Source: Felis catus (lineage: Eukaryota). Taken from it: a stretch of DNA of 64,000 bases. The position numbers were made by a program, and so were the translations under genes. Under the pieces are notes generated by a model. It searched no databases and was not told where the DNA came from. It was given only the letters and a program-made list of their open reading frames with translations. Positions 13,801-26,995 of the stretch are shown piece after piece. Within the stretch, counting starts at the first letter, position 1, and each line of letters opens with the position of its first letter. The stretch is from positions 163,434,001-163,498,000 of the forward strand of contig NC_058368.1 of assembly GCF_018350175.1 (NCBI RefSeq), read 5' to 3'.

Positions 13801-14661
13801 ACGTGGCACCTCCGAAAGCTTCAGTAGCCAGACAGAAATGGCAGCAGCACAACATTTTAAGGCTGCTTTTCCAGGAACTAGTTTAGTGGCCTTAGGAAAG
13901 TCACAGAAAGTGCTCCCCTGTCTCATGTCCTCATGACTGAGATGGCAATGATTTGAAATGGAACTATGTCATGAAGAAAAACATTAAACCACTGAATATT
14001 GAAATAGGTAAAAAAAAAAAAAAAAAAAAAAAAAACAGGAAGTACTTGCAGGAAACACTCTATTTGTTTCGTTTTGCTGACTGAAAATACTACAAATACT
14101 GGGCTTCAGAGTAAGCAAACCCCACATTTGCTGCGTATCACCTTGGATTCATTCCGACTGAATGCCCTGAAACTTTGAAATGACTCCTCTTATCAGTAAC
14201 GTATAAACAGCTTGTCAGGTAGCATATGGTAGGTAGCCTGATGGGAGCAATAACAAAAATTAATACTCAGTCTTTTTTTACTTGTGTAAATTAAAACAGG
14301 CAAATGTGATAGTGATTAAAAGAAGAAAGAAACATGGAGGCAGAAATAAATATAACTAAATAGGTGGCTAATGTAACAGCACGTAAACAAAACTGTAAAA
14401 AATTAATCTTCCTATAAATGCTCACTTTTAAAAGGTTTGAAAGTCAGTGGTGAGGGTCCCTTGGCATTTCCCGAGGGGGCAGAGTCGGTGCCTGGTGAAT
14501 GAGTGAATGCTTCTTCTTGGCCTAGAGTTGCTTTGACAGAATTATAGGTTGTTTGGTTTGATTCATAGGCTTCTTGCTTTGTTGTGTGCTTTGCTTTGTT
14601 TTTCTGCCTTTTCATGAAGAATTCAAGTGTAGGCTCACCACCCTCATTTTTATTCTGGCAG

Positions 14662-14761
14662 CACTTTGACATGCCTCACGATATTGCTGCGTCAGAAGAT
14701 GGGACTGTGTATGTTGGAGACGCTCACACCAACACTGTGTGGAAGTTCACCCTGACTGAAA
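14662..14761 (+). CDS. PAM: PAM coding exon (HFDMPHDIAASEDGTVYVGDAHTNTVWKFTLTE)
   Basis: ctggcag / gtatga; 100 nt; third PAL His ligand (MPHD). Confidence 0.96.
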
Positions 14762-15456
14762 GTATGATTTTTAGAGTATTATTGTCCACATTTTCCCTCA
14801 GTTGCATCGCTTAAGAGCATGTGAAAAAAATATTTGCATTCCCTTCTCTTTTTATTGATAGGACAAGGAAATCAAAGCATAATTGGCAGTTGTTAAACGA
14901 CCTGTTTGGTTTCATTCCAGGGATTAAGCTGATTTTTAAAAAGTAGAGAGAAACATTTTTTTTTTTTTTCCCCTGGCAGTTATCCCCTTGTTTCCACAGA
15001 TACTCCACAGGAAATTCTTGATGCCTGGAGTAATGTCTGTTACATTGAAAGCCAATGTTAATTCCAAGTTAGTTCCAGAGGGAGATGATGGCTTTGGCAA
15101 AGCAGAGGAGCTACTGGCTTCCACCCTGGTGTCACTTCCCATGTGGCTCTTCAGCTCTCAGTAGCTGCCGAGCACCTAGGAGCACCAGCACATCTGTGTC
15201 AGACACATAGTATCCCAAGCAGGAAGCACTGCATTTTCTCCTTTAGACTTCAGCTTGTTCAGAATACTGAACTGTTGTTTCACATAACTCAAAATTATGT
15301 CTGGGGACAGAAGAGTTTCCCCATTAGGATCAAGCCAGCTACTTTTGGGGATTTTCTAATGGCAATTTGGACATTATTTCTAATTCTTGAAAAGTATACT
15401 AACCTAGCCTCTGACATCATACTAAAAACAAGTTTCTCAATTAAACAGGGTCCAGG

Positions 15457-15629
15457 GCACCTGGGTGGCTCAGTCGATTGAGTGTCTGACTTTTGCTTTC
15501 AGGTCAGTCATAATCCCTGGGTCATAGGATCGAGCACCACGTCAGGCTCCATGCTGAGTGTGGAGCCTGCTTAAGATTCTCTCTCTCTCCCTCTGTCCCT
15601 CTCCCCCACTCGCTCTCTCTCTCTCTCAC

Positions 15630-15658
<29 letters not shown>
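15457..15658 (+). mobile_element. CAN-SINE
   Basis: gggcacctgggtggctcagtcg head, (CT)n, long polyA. Confidence 0.92.
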
Positions 15659-15660
<2 letters not shown>

Positions 15661-16996
15661 CAGGGTAGAAACAATAGGAGAAGATAGGGTTAAAGAAAAG
15701 AATTAAAGAATGGAAGACAGTAAAGCTGAGGTATCAGGAACTGCAACAAGCAATTTTAGATAGATAATAAGGTCATTTGGAATTAATGAAGATAAATACT
15801 AATTATAACAAGGAAAAGTGAAAATTACAACAAAGAAAAGAAGTAAGTTATAAGAAAGAGAAGTAATATCAAGAGTCCAAAAACTTTAATCGTTGAGCAT
15901 ACAGATCTTGGAACCCAAGTAAATTTGATAACTGCTATCTTCAGAATTGTCCTTTGAGTAGCTTTTGCTGTTTTGTAAAAAGGACCCAGTTAGAGTTGAG
16001 GGCACAGAGATGTCTGTGGACTGTTCTACTCCAGCATTAGCTTTACATTCCCCTTGTAAGTGTAGCTCTCCCACCACCTGCCTCCTCAAAGAGGAACCAG
16101 AACGTGTGGGCAGACAGGAAAGTAAATAGATGGATAATTCCCAATTCCAAGACTAACTCCAGGCTTTTCCAGATTTAAAAAAAAAAAAAAAAAGAATAGC
16201 TTTCAAGATAGAAAAGACCTCAGAAATCTAGACAGTATCTTCATTTTGCAGACAGGAATATGATACTTGAACTCATCAAGATTCTGGTCTGAGGGTCTTG
16301 ATACCATCCTAGTGGTCAGTACTCAACAGAGATGCATATCCAAGTCACGGTGGGGAGGGCTTTCAAAACACATGGCCAGATCCTACTCAAGATCTATAGA
16401 AAGAAGAGGGTGACAATATGTGTATTTTGGAAAGGCTTCCAAGTGGTTTCGACAATCCCTTGGTTGAGAAGCGCTGCAATAAGCATTCAGCTTTGAAAGA
16501 GAAAAACGCTCTCTGGAGTCCAGAATGCAACTGAATAATAAATCTCGAAAACAGTACTTTTGGAACAGTAAGACTGCCATCGGAGGCTAAACAAATGTCC
16601 CCTGTCTTTGCATTCTACTATTTAACTAGTGAAATCTACTTATGTAGCTAGAATACTGGTAATCAAACATGGCAGAGTTAGTCATCAGTCCATGTCCATA
16701 TAAAAACAGAACCACTTGATATTTCAAAAATACATTCATTATGAACTCCACAAGGAAAATCTTATTTTGAATATGAAGAGCTTAGAAATATTTCAGCTTT
16801 CCCTAGGAGACTGTATCCAGGATTCATGGGCCTGGCACCAAATTAGTGGTTTGTCTTAAAACTCTTCTATAATATGATATTGCATTTGATGAAGTGAGAA
16901 AACATTTGCTACTAAGTAAAATTAATGTCAAAATTAAGTTTTCAAATCTTTTTTGGAGATTTTGATTTTCTTTTTCCTTTGCTGTGCTATTTACAG

Positions 16997-17050
16997 AAAT
17001 GGAACATCGATCAGTAAAAAAGGCTGGCATTGAAGTCCAGGAAATCAAAG
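16997..17050 (+). CDS. PAM: PAM coding exon (MEHRSVKKAGIEVQEIK)
   Basis: ttacag / gttggt; 54 nt, phase 1/1; carries the KK dibasic site after the PAL domain. Confidence 0.95.
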
Positions 17051-17614
17051 GTTGGTCAGATTCCTCTTATGACTGTGAAACCCAAGACTATTTGTGCTGA
17101 ATTATTTTATGGCTCTTGATTGCACATTAAAAAATATCAGACTAAAAATATAATCCGGTAAATCATGCATAACTTCTATGTACTGAGCCTTTAAACCTGC
17201 ATGTTGCTACTGTTTTCTCTGTTAAATGGACTGGTAATAATGAGCTCAAATTCACTGATTTCAAGTGATAGAAAGTGATTCTGAACAAGCGGGCCAAAGA
17301 CATTCAAAGAGGAAAAAAAGTAAGTCAGCCACTTTTAGAAGTACATTAACCTCAGACAAGCAGAAAAATACCATCCAGTATACTGGAAAAGGCCTTCCAT
17401 AATGGGCTGTAGTCTAAATGAGTGAAAAACGTATCTTTGGTGAGTTTCTGTTATAGGGGCCTGACAAGATGAGGCGCTGTTCCCTAAGCTCCAATCTTAG
17501 CACCAATCGCCCCAAAATTTACTGAGGGCCATCTATGTATAAGGGGCTATAATTGGTTTAAGGGAAATGTAACTGTGCCTGACTTCAAAAGACTTATAAT
17601 CTATAAGGGGAGAG

Positions 17615-17617
17615 AGG

Positions 17618-17663
<46 letters not shown>
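17615..17663. repeat. (GA)n microsatellite
   Basis: Direct reading. Confidence 0.95.
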
Positions 17664-17667
<4 letters not shown>

Positions 17668-20600
17668 GTATGTGCGCACGCGCACACATACACGCATATG
17701 CATATACACAAATAAGTATAGCTTTGGTACATACTATCAGGAATGGGAAATGGAATTTAGCTACTGTTAAGCAACCACTGGTTTAATTCGAAATCCTAGT
17801 CAAATTATTCTCTCCCTTTCCTAGGATCAGTTTATATTTGTACATGTTACACTATCTGCAGGGTTTTGACATGGTCATGTAAAATTAAGAACTCAATATA
17901 GGGTGCTCCAATGTTTAAAAAGCAAAGTGATTTCATTATTAGTTGCTTTATAAATGATTCACCTAGATATTCAGACTTAACCCTAGGCTTTCTTGTTTTC
18001 CTTTCTCATGAAAGCAGATGGAAAAAGATACAAAGAAGCAAGAACCAAGAGGGAGCTTAGGGATTTTATATAGGCAGATAAGAGAATATAGCCAACTCAA
18101 GGTTGAAAGGGGTAAGATAATATTATAAAATAAATAGCAAATGTTTGGCATTTATAGAGATTCAACACAGGTGACTCTACTGGGTGGCACTGATACCACA
18201 CTCATATTGAAGAGTTCCTGATCCTTTATTTTTCTATGATTGTTACATACAGAATTATTGGTGAGTTGTTTTCCCTGGAATAAGTATATTATTATTAATA
18301 ATAGCTATCATTCATGGAGCACAAACAATGAACTATACAAAAATTACTAAATTAATTCCTTACACCAGCCATGTGATAATTTGGTATTATCCCCATTTTA
18401 CACATGAGGAAATCGAAGATCAGAATTACTGCTAAGTGATAGAGCCGGGGTTAAACCACAGTTTATTTGCCACTGAAGTCTGTGCTGTTAACCACTATTC
18501 CTGTACTACTGAGGAGAAATGAATACCACCAATTCATTTACCATAAATTCTTCCAAGAGCTATAGGTTGGGGATGGTTGTATTTATTCTGAAATCTCTGG
18601 GATTTCACAGTGGCCTCAAGCCACTTCTGTTTAAATAAGTTCCACCAAAAATAAAATAAAATAAAAATCCTAGATTATAGTATTTGGATTGTTGAGAACA
18701 GCCCATCCACACTGATCTCTTCTTGCCTGGCCAATGAAGGATGAACAGTGAGCGCTCTCCCCACACCATTTCCTCTTTCCTCTGTGCATACCACTGACTG
18801 AATTCAGAAAACCTCCCAGCCTTGTGGCGGAACACAGGAGTTCAAATAGTAAATGTCATTGAACTATCTTGTCATGACATTCACATTTTAATAGGAATAC
18901 CTAAACTCAAATACCCAAACTCAAATGAAGTTCTTCTAGTCCTCTGTTGGATTCATATGACTCTCATTAAACCTTTCTTTTTTTAAGATTATTTCCTTAT
19001 TACACAAAGGAGTATAAAGCATGCTGAATCTCCAAAAGTTTGTCTTTTATCAAAATCTGAAAACTTAATTTAAACCATCCCTTACAAAAGAGAGGGAGAG
19101 ACATCATCCCAGATTTAGCTGCTGTATAAATTTCCAAATTTGAGTAACCTCTGATGACCTTCATCCCCACTGTGAATGGTCATATAACTGATGAGTAATA
19201 ACAGGGTTTCAGAACCAGTGTTGTGTTCACAGGGAGTTGCAGAGGTAAGAGAATGTGTGATGACAAGAAACTTAGGAAAAGCATTTTCAAATAAAGTTGC
19301 TAGGGATTAAAGATGTCAAAATCATAGCCTTTACCCCTAGCTCCCCAAATAAAAGATGATGATAGTGAATCAGTCTCAATAACATAAAAAGAAACTCTCT
19401 AGGGCAGCTAGCATCTTAGGCCTTATGGAGAACAACATATTATAGGGGAAACACACTGCATTAAAAAAATAGTAATAAAAAGAAAGGAAAGAGTAATCTC
19501 ATTGGTGCTATCTGCACTTTTCCTGTTACTTGCTAGTATGCCATCTAAAACCTTCAGTCGTCAGTTCTGTCTGTAATAAACTGGGTAATAATTGCTGTAT
19601 TGCTGTATTAAGAATGTCTCTCCTTTACTGTCTGAGTTATTCCAATTCCAAGAGGTCTCTGGGCTTCTCCCCTCTCTCAAGGGGAAAGAAACATGTTCAT
19701 GCTTGAGTGTGTGAGCTCACACAAGAATGCACCTAGCCTCCCTTTCTAAACTCAGGGCTTTAAAGAAGGGAAAAAACTTCCTGTATGTCAGCTTTTCAAA
19801 ATTATATTTATTTCCAAGTATGTATAGGGATGCCAGAAGAGCTTGTTTGAAGACATTTTTGTTTAAAATGCAATACATCTGGCATCGTACATGATAGAAA
19901 ATTGTCACATGAGGCAGCCCCTCTCTTCCAGAAGCCCCAGGTTCTGGATAATATTGGAGCTTCTTCACTGCTCCTTCATCAGGGATGCTCCAAATTAAAG
20001 AATTTAATTTTCAGTTAAAGAATTTAGGATAAAGAATAAAAGTGGCAGAATTTGAATTGTTACTGTTTTGAAATTCCTTAAATCCTTAAATCATAACTAT
20101 TTTTTAGACTTTTTATTCCACTTATAAAAGTTCCTGAGAAAGAACAATATATATATATTTTTTACTGGGAAATTTAAATTTATCCTCTTTCTTTAAGATA
20201 TAGAGTATTTTTCAAAATCTAAACATACTTCAGCAGGTTCAAAAGTTAGAATGTTTGTGTATTTTTAGTAGATGCACTCAGATTACCAAAGGGAATGTGG
20301 ACATCAAGAATTTCTCAAGTGTAGTGTGTATACCTTAGTGAGGTTATTACCTCATTCTCAGCATACTCTCTGTGAATGCTAAACTGATTCTGTTAGTCTG
20401 TCACCTACTTCACAGTTCTTGTTTCCTTTTATTGCAGCTCACTCCTAGCTCTGCCTTTATAAAAAGGGAACTGAAAATGAGCTGGTACAGCCATTGTCTC
20501 TGGTGCCAGTAAACCCACTAAATGACAGAAAATGCTATGTAATTATTCTGGTTATAGTCACCTTCAAATAGAAACAAATCCTTCTTTCAAGGCAACAAAT

Positions 20601-22286
20601 TTTTGACTACCAATCTGTATCTTTGGTCTGTTTTTTAATCTTGTCTTCTATTTATTGTTATTTTCCTGCTTAAATATAGAAGGAATTTAAGTAAAACAGA
20701 ACAATTTGCCTATCTCTCCTATAGTAATGAAGAAAAAGATGTAACAATTAGTGATCAGGAAGAGTAAGAATCACACTTATATTCCTCTTGGAAACTGAGA
20801 TCCAGACAGGTTAAATTGGAGCCATCTAGATCTACGAACCAATCCCTTTCCTTCTCTCCTGCTGAAGTTTCAAAGAGCCACTCCAGTGGACAAAAAATTG
20901 AAATAATGGTTTCCCCTTAACCATAGTACAGAGAAGGAAATGAAGACTATGGGGCCATCTGTAAAATGGTGATACTAACAATGCCTACTCATAGGCTTGG
21001 TGTAATGATTAAATGAGAACATCGCCTGAAACAGTACAAGTGCTCAGTAGGTTTCATTGAGATCATGAAGGAGGCTGGCTCAGAACATTGAAGGAAAAAG
21101 CTGCAAAAAGCTTATAAGCAAAAAGCTTATAGTGTCTTAAGTAATTTGAGAAATCCTTCCTTGGAGAATTGTCCAGCAAGCTACTAAGCATGTGAACACA
21201 TATTAAACATTAACCAAAGATTTTCCTGATTGTGTTGAACCAGCTATTCCTGCCATTTTGTCAAAATTTCCATGAGGCCATATGATACACTCTACATCGC
21301 ACCAAGAAACTGAAGTTCCAGAAATCTTGTGAGCATTTTGGCAAAGATGATAGTAACTTCTAGACTTTGCACACTAGGGTTTTTGTACAAGCACACATAT
21401 GTGCTTCTGGAGGGCAAGAATGTTGGAAGGCTCAACCTTCAAGTCAGTAGTTGTTAAGATACCTGAAGCAGTTTATATGGTCCAGTTGAATCATTTCCCA
21501 AACAGTACTTTAGGCCTGTTACCTACCCAGTACCAGTCAATACCAGAGAATTGTTCTATTTTCATCATACACAGAATCATATATACAGTGCTTCTGTGTA
21601 TACTTACGGCTTACTAGGAATTGTATAAAAGAACCTGAAAAGGACACAGTTCTTTTTCCAGTTTGAAATCCTAGAATAAATGTGTGTCACTGTGCATGCG
21701 ATGTGCCAATAACTCATTGAACATTAACAAGATTCATAAACTAAAGATACAAGGAAACATGCTTATTAAACACCATCTCTATGATAAACATTCACACTCA
21801 ACAATTTTATGAAGGAGGTGTTTTGTTTGTTTATCATCATAGTTCTACAGATGAGGCTACTAAGGCCCAGATTATTTAAGTAACTTGCCCAAAGTTACAC
21901 AGCTAATTTATATAGGAGAACTAGGATTTCAGCCTAGATTCATTTGACTGTAGTATGCACACCAATTCTTTGCCTGCACCATACTGCCTATTAATTTTAA
22001 CTTTGAAAAAAATGCAAAAGGAGGAGATTTGTTTTGTGGAATTATGGGAAATAAAGGGTAGGATCAAAGAAAACCAACTTAAAGGTACAAAACCATTGGG
22101 TGGATATGACTAATCACAATACCTGCTGCTAGCTTGGTAGATTCAGATATTGAAATGTGAACCCCACATGCATGGAACTCAACAAGTTCTTTATGAGCAG
22201 TTGTTGATTTGACTGGGTAGGGGTGGGTGGTTGGGTTTTGGAATCTTTGAGTCAGTTGAATATTGTGAACTCTTCTTTCCCTGAAG

Positions 22287-22490
22287 AATCCGAGGCAGTT
22301 GTTGAAAACAAAATGGAGAACAAACCGGCCTCCACAGAGTTGCAGAAGATGCAAGAGAAACAGAAACTGATCAAAGAGCCGGGCTTTGGAGTGCCCATTG
22401 TTCTCATTACAACCCTTCTGGTTATTCCGGTGGTTGTCCTGCTGGCCATTGCCTTATTTATTCGGTGGAAAAAATCAAAGGCCTTTGGAG
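22287..22490 (+). CDS. PAM: PAM transmembrane-domain exon (204 nt, frame-preserving)
   Basis: ccctgaag acceptor; GC-type donor gcaagt; encodes VPIVLITTLLVIPVVVLLAIALFI then RWKK stop-transfer. Confidence 0.94.
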
Positions 22491-22879
22491 GCAAGTAAAA
22501 TGAGCCCCTTGAACTTGGAACCTACCTTTGAAAGAGTGTTTGGCCTAAGTATCCCCAAAGTTTGGTTGTGATTTTTTTTCAGTGTTTTTTCTAAATGCTC
22601 TCTGCCTTTTTGGATATTATTGTTTATGTTCCAAATATTGTTTATAGTTAGTATCACCATAGAAAAAGTATCTGAAGCCTCAGAAATTTAGATAGTTAGA
22701 TTAAAATATAACTTTTAATACTGCCTTTTAGCAATTGGCATAAGCCCAGTTAATGTCTCCACATGAAATTGTGTAGATATGTAGTCACTATAAATTAGGG
22801 TCAGGAAGGAGGAGATCCTTGCTGTTAGAAACAGGCCCAGGCCTCAAAATACCTAGGTCCATTCTTTGGGAGTTATATA

Positions 22880-23070
22880 TTTCCCCTGCTAGTCCTGGCT
22901 TTAGCTCCTAGCTACATGACCTTGGGCAAGTTACTTAGTCTCTCCAAGCCACAGTTTCCTCATCTATAAAGTAGGGATAAAATACTCACAAGGTTGTGTG
23001 AAGATTAAGGGAAGTAATAAACATAAAGCATTTATCAACAGTATCTGCCACCAGGTAAGTGCTCAAGTAA
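22880..23070. mobile_element. MIR
   Basis: tgaccttgggcaagttactta.tctctc.aagcc.cagtttcctcatct.taaa core; similar MIR pieces near 18300, 21830, 25100 and 55600. Confidence 0.8.
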
Positions 23071-25447
23071 CACCACCAACGATTGTGAAAAACAGTCATT
23101 GGTAATACAGTAATAGAAGTCATAAGTCATAAAAGATACTTATCTTAAACCTAAACTTTCTCAGGAAATCAACTATTTATTCCTACAGTACATCATTCAG
23201 TAGCTTTTAAATAGTCACAATTTGGGCCATCAGCCTTCCTTCACCAAACAAGGCAGGGTCCAGTGTTGGAATCAGTATTTTATCAGATCATTATCATAGT
23301 GTAGGAAGAGGAGCTGTGTTCCTTTCAGGACATTCAAATAAACAAACAAATAATCCAGCCCATGATTCTTACCTCCCAGGAGCAGTCCCTTGGCTGGCTT
23401 CCCAGGTCATAAGGCAAGAGTCTACAACTGTGTCGGGGAAGGAATCTGTGGGCCAGGGTGGGAGGCAGCATTCGATCAAGAAGTAGCATCTGATTCTATT
23501 TCAGGCCAAGGCGACCATGGCAGGGATTCAGTGCCCACGGCAAAGCCCTGACACAGAAAAGCACACAGAAACAAAGAACAGAGGATTCCATTTAATTAGT
23601 TGTGAAAGGGAATTTTTCTAGGACTTTGGTTTTCTGTTCATCTGCAATTGATAAAGCTCTCAAAAATACAATTAACTCTTCAAAAAGAACTTCTTTTGAG
23701 CCCCTGTTAAGGGTATGGAACTGTGGTAAGCAGGAGCAAAGATAAACATAGTCGTTGTCTTCATGGAGTTAGATGGAAGCTTCAAAAGAGCAAAAATCTT
23801 ACATGTTGACTTGTTTACTTATGTATCCTCAGCACAGTCACAGTTCCTGGCACTAGGGGTTTGATAAATAGTTGTTGGGGAAATGACTCAATAAATAAGT
23901 GGAGCTCACAGAATAGATGAAACATAAAAAAATAGATGAAACATAAAAAAAAAAAAGAAACATAAAAAAAAAAAAACATATATAAAGGTAACAACAGAGG
24001 GTGGTAAGTGCAGTGATAAATACGCAGAGCATCAGGAACATGAGGGGCTGGGACCAGGCAGCAGGAATGGTGGTATTCAACCACACTGGAAGGAGTAGTA
24101 GCTAGGGAGTTAAGAAGGTTTGGTCTCTCCTGTTCACCGGTAAGCACGTGTGACACAGCACTGTTACAGAATACTGAATTTACAGGAGTGTGTTGGGAAG
24201 GCAGAGACCTAAGTCAGACCATATGAAATTACCTTTATTCATATTGAAATATTCAACAGAAATATTGCAGTTTTATATGGTTTCATATAATACATTTAAT
24301 TCTAAAAGTAGATCAGCCTGTCACCTTTTTCCAGCATTTGTTCTGGATAGATCTTGTCCAATTAATGAGTTTTTAGTAACCCTCATAAAAGACCTTTTAT
24401 TCAACACATACTCACATACTCACATACTTATTGCATGTCACTTCCACATCAGACACTGTGGTAGGCACAGGGAATACAAAGCCAGCTAAATAAAGGCTGT
24501 CCTGCATCCTTCTAGAACTTATAATCTAATCTGTTGGCTCTCTAACAGTCTTAATCAGTCTAATCTTCTTGCCTATTTTTCTCCACACCCACTCTTCTAC
24601 CTTTCCTCTGCCATCTGCTTGCTAGCTTTTTCCTCGAGGCTGCCTCTACTCCTGGTTAGAGGCTTCATAGGAGAACCCCAAGCCTCACTTCCCTGTCTAC
24701 AGCCCTTAGGGGAGTAGCCCTTAGGGGAAGTCAGGACAAAAAGTACAGACAGATACAGAGCAAAGGGAAAAATAAGTCCATTGGGAGTTCTGCCTCCCCA
24801 TAAAGAAAGAAAGTCCATCCATCAGGAAGATGGGAAGCTCCAAGGGAGAGTTTGGGTCACTTTTATGACTGAAATTATTCAGTGTTTCAGGTCCTTGCCT
24901 TCACTTAAATCCTACACAAAGAAGAAATGATGTACGTGAATCCAAGGCTGTCTCAAGCACAACATGTGCTGTGCTTAATAGAAAGATTAAAGCCTGAGAC
25001 AAAACTCCTAATTTATAATAACCAAAGCTTCCCAAGTTGTTACAAACTCCTGGTAATTTAATTTTGTCCTAATAAAAATAACTAATATTTATTGAGCATT
25101 TACTGTGTAGCTACCAGGCACTGTTCTAAGCACATCACATGCAGTATCCCATCTAAACCTTGCAGATGGGTAGGAATTATCATTGATCCCTCTTTTCTCC
25201 AATGAGAAAACTGAGGCTCAAAGAAGTAATTTATTGAGACTGCACAGCACTGAAGTCGAACCCAGCTCTGGCCCTCAGATACATCACAATAATATATCGC
25301 CTTTTTTCCCCTTTAGAATTGCTTACAGACAAACCCAGGCCTTGTTTTTAATCATTTATGAACCTCTGATTCGGTATTGAAAGTTGAGCCCATGGTTGAG
25401 GAGGGTGACTGGGACTCATTTTGAAATGTGCCATCTTTTTCTAGCAG

Positions 25448-25501
25448 ATTCTGAACACAAACTTGAGGCAAGTTCAGGAAGAGTGCTCGGAAGACTTAGA
25501 G
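25448..25501 (+). CDS. PAM: PAM juxtamembrane cytosolic exon (DSEHKLEASSGRVLGRLR)
   Basis: ctagcag tandem acceptor / gtatgc donor; 54 nt (57 nt if the upstream TAG is used). Confidence 0.94.
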
Positions 25502-26158
25502 GTATGCCTGTGACCTTTCAGAATCCTTCACATGTGGCTCAGAGTCAACACGCTCATGTCCTTTACAGAGCAGGGATCTAATTCCCATACTCTCTCTAAA
25601 AGTAAACTCCTCCTGTGCAGCACAGCAATGTTAAATGCAGAATGCAAACCGTAAACTAAACTGAAGTATGTGGCGCTGGCAGCACATTTCCCAGTTTCGT
25701 TTTTTTCTACCTTGCCTTTCTATATTTAATTCTCTTCCCCTGCCTTTTATCTATCTGGCTTCATTTGTCTTCAGTAAATTTTCTTTCACTCCTGTCAGCA
25801 TGTCAGTGTTTGTCATAGTGAAGATGACCTTTTCATATAGTCATTGAAATGAAGAGCTCCTCAAGGGATCCCAGTTCCAGAGAGCCTGGAAAAAGCAGGA
25901 GCTGGGAAATGAATCTTAAAGAATCCTACAGAAACACATAATCCTGGGGAGCTTTTTTCTTATATATTTTAATAAATCAGTACAAGTAATATCTTTCTGA
26001 CTCTGTATGTTATCTCTTTCACTTCTGTTGTTGTTGTTAATATCTACCCTTTCCCATCCCAATATCTAATGTGTTTACCATTTAAGAATTTACAAGTACA
26101 CCGAGAATCATTTGTGCAAACTTTCCATCAGTTCTATGTCACTGTGTGCTTTCTCCAG

Positions 26159-26340
26159 GAAAGGGAAGTGGAGGCTTAAACCTCGGAAATTTCTTTGCAA
26201 GCCGGAAAGGCTACAGCCGGAAAGGGTTTGACCGTCTTAGCACCGAGGGAAGTGACCTAGAGAAAGAGGAGGATGATGGAAGTGAATCGGAAGAGGAGTA
26301 TTCAGCACCTCTGCCTGCGCCCTCACCTTCTTCCTCCTGA
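26159..26340 (+). CDS. PAM: PAM last coding exon (cytosolic tail to stop)
   Basis: tctccag acceptor; KGSGGLNLGNFFASRKGYSRKGFDRLSTEGSD...PSSS TGA; all exon phases join in frame. Confidence 0.97.
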
Positions 26341-26995
26341 AGACGGGCTTTGATTTAGGTTGATGAGATTTTCCAAGAATGCCCGATTCCTTTACCTTTA
26401 GCACGTTTAGAGTTTTGCGTATTTAATTGTAAACTGTACTAGTCTATGTGGGACTGTACATGTTTTATTTCATTTGTTTTTAGTTGGCTTCTGTTTCTAG
26501 TTGAGGAGTTTCCTAAAAGTTCATAACAGTGCCATTGTCTTTATATGAACATAGCCTAGAGGAATGGTCCTCTTCTTCCATCACACTACTAATTTAATGA
26601 TGGAAGCTTTGCTCATTTACATTTTTGAGACTTTTCTGTAGATGTAAATAACCCCATTCTCTGCTTGAACACAGTATTTTCCCAATAGCACTTCCATTGC
26701 CTATGTCTGTCTTTGGTGCCTTTCCTGTTCAGCATTCTCAGCCTGTGGCAGTAAAGAGAAACTTTGTGCTACATGAGGACAAAGCTGCTAAATCTCCTAT
26801 TTTTTTAAAATCACTAACATTATATTGCAATGAGGGAAAGAAAAAAAAAGTCTCTATTTAAATTCGTTTTTTAATTTTCTTCAGTTGGTGTGTTTTTGGG
26901 ATGTCTTATTTTTAGATGGTTACACTGTTAGAACACTATTTTCAGAATCTGAATGTAATTTGTGTAATAAAGTGTTTTCAGAGCATTAGCTGTCA
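26341..26995 (+). other. PAM: PAM 3' UTR (to the proximal polyA signal; end approximate)
   Basis: Follows stop codon; repeat-free and AU-rich; AATAAA at 26966-26971 followed by GT/T-rich sequence. Confidence 0.75.
26966..26971 (+). terminator. Polyadenylation signal AATAAA (PAM, proximal)
   Basis: Canonical hexamer with upstream TGTA and downstream GT-rich tract; further ATTAAA (27121) and AATAAA (27264) downstream. Confidence 0.65.
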
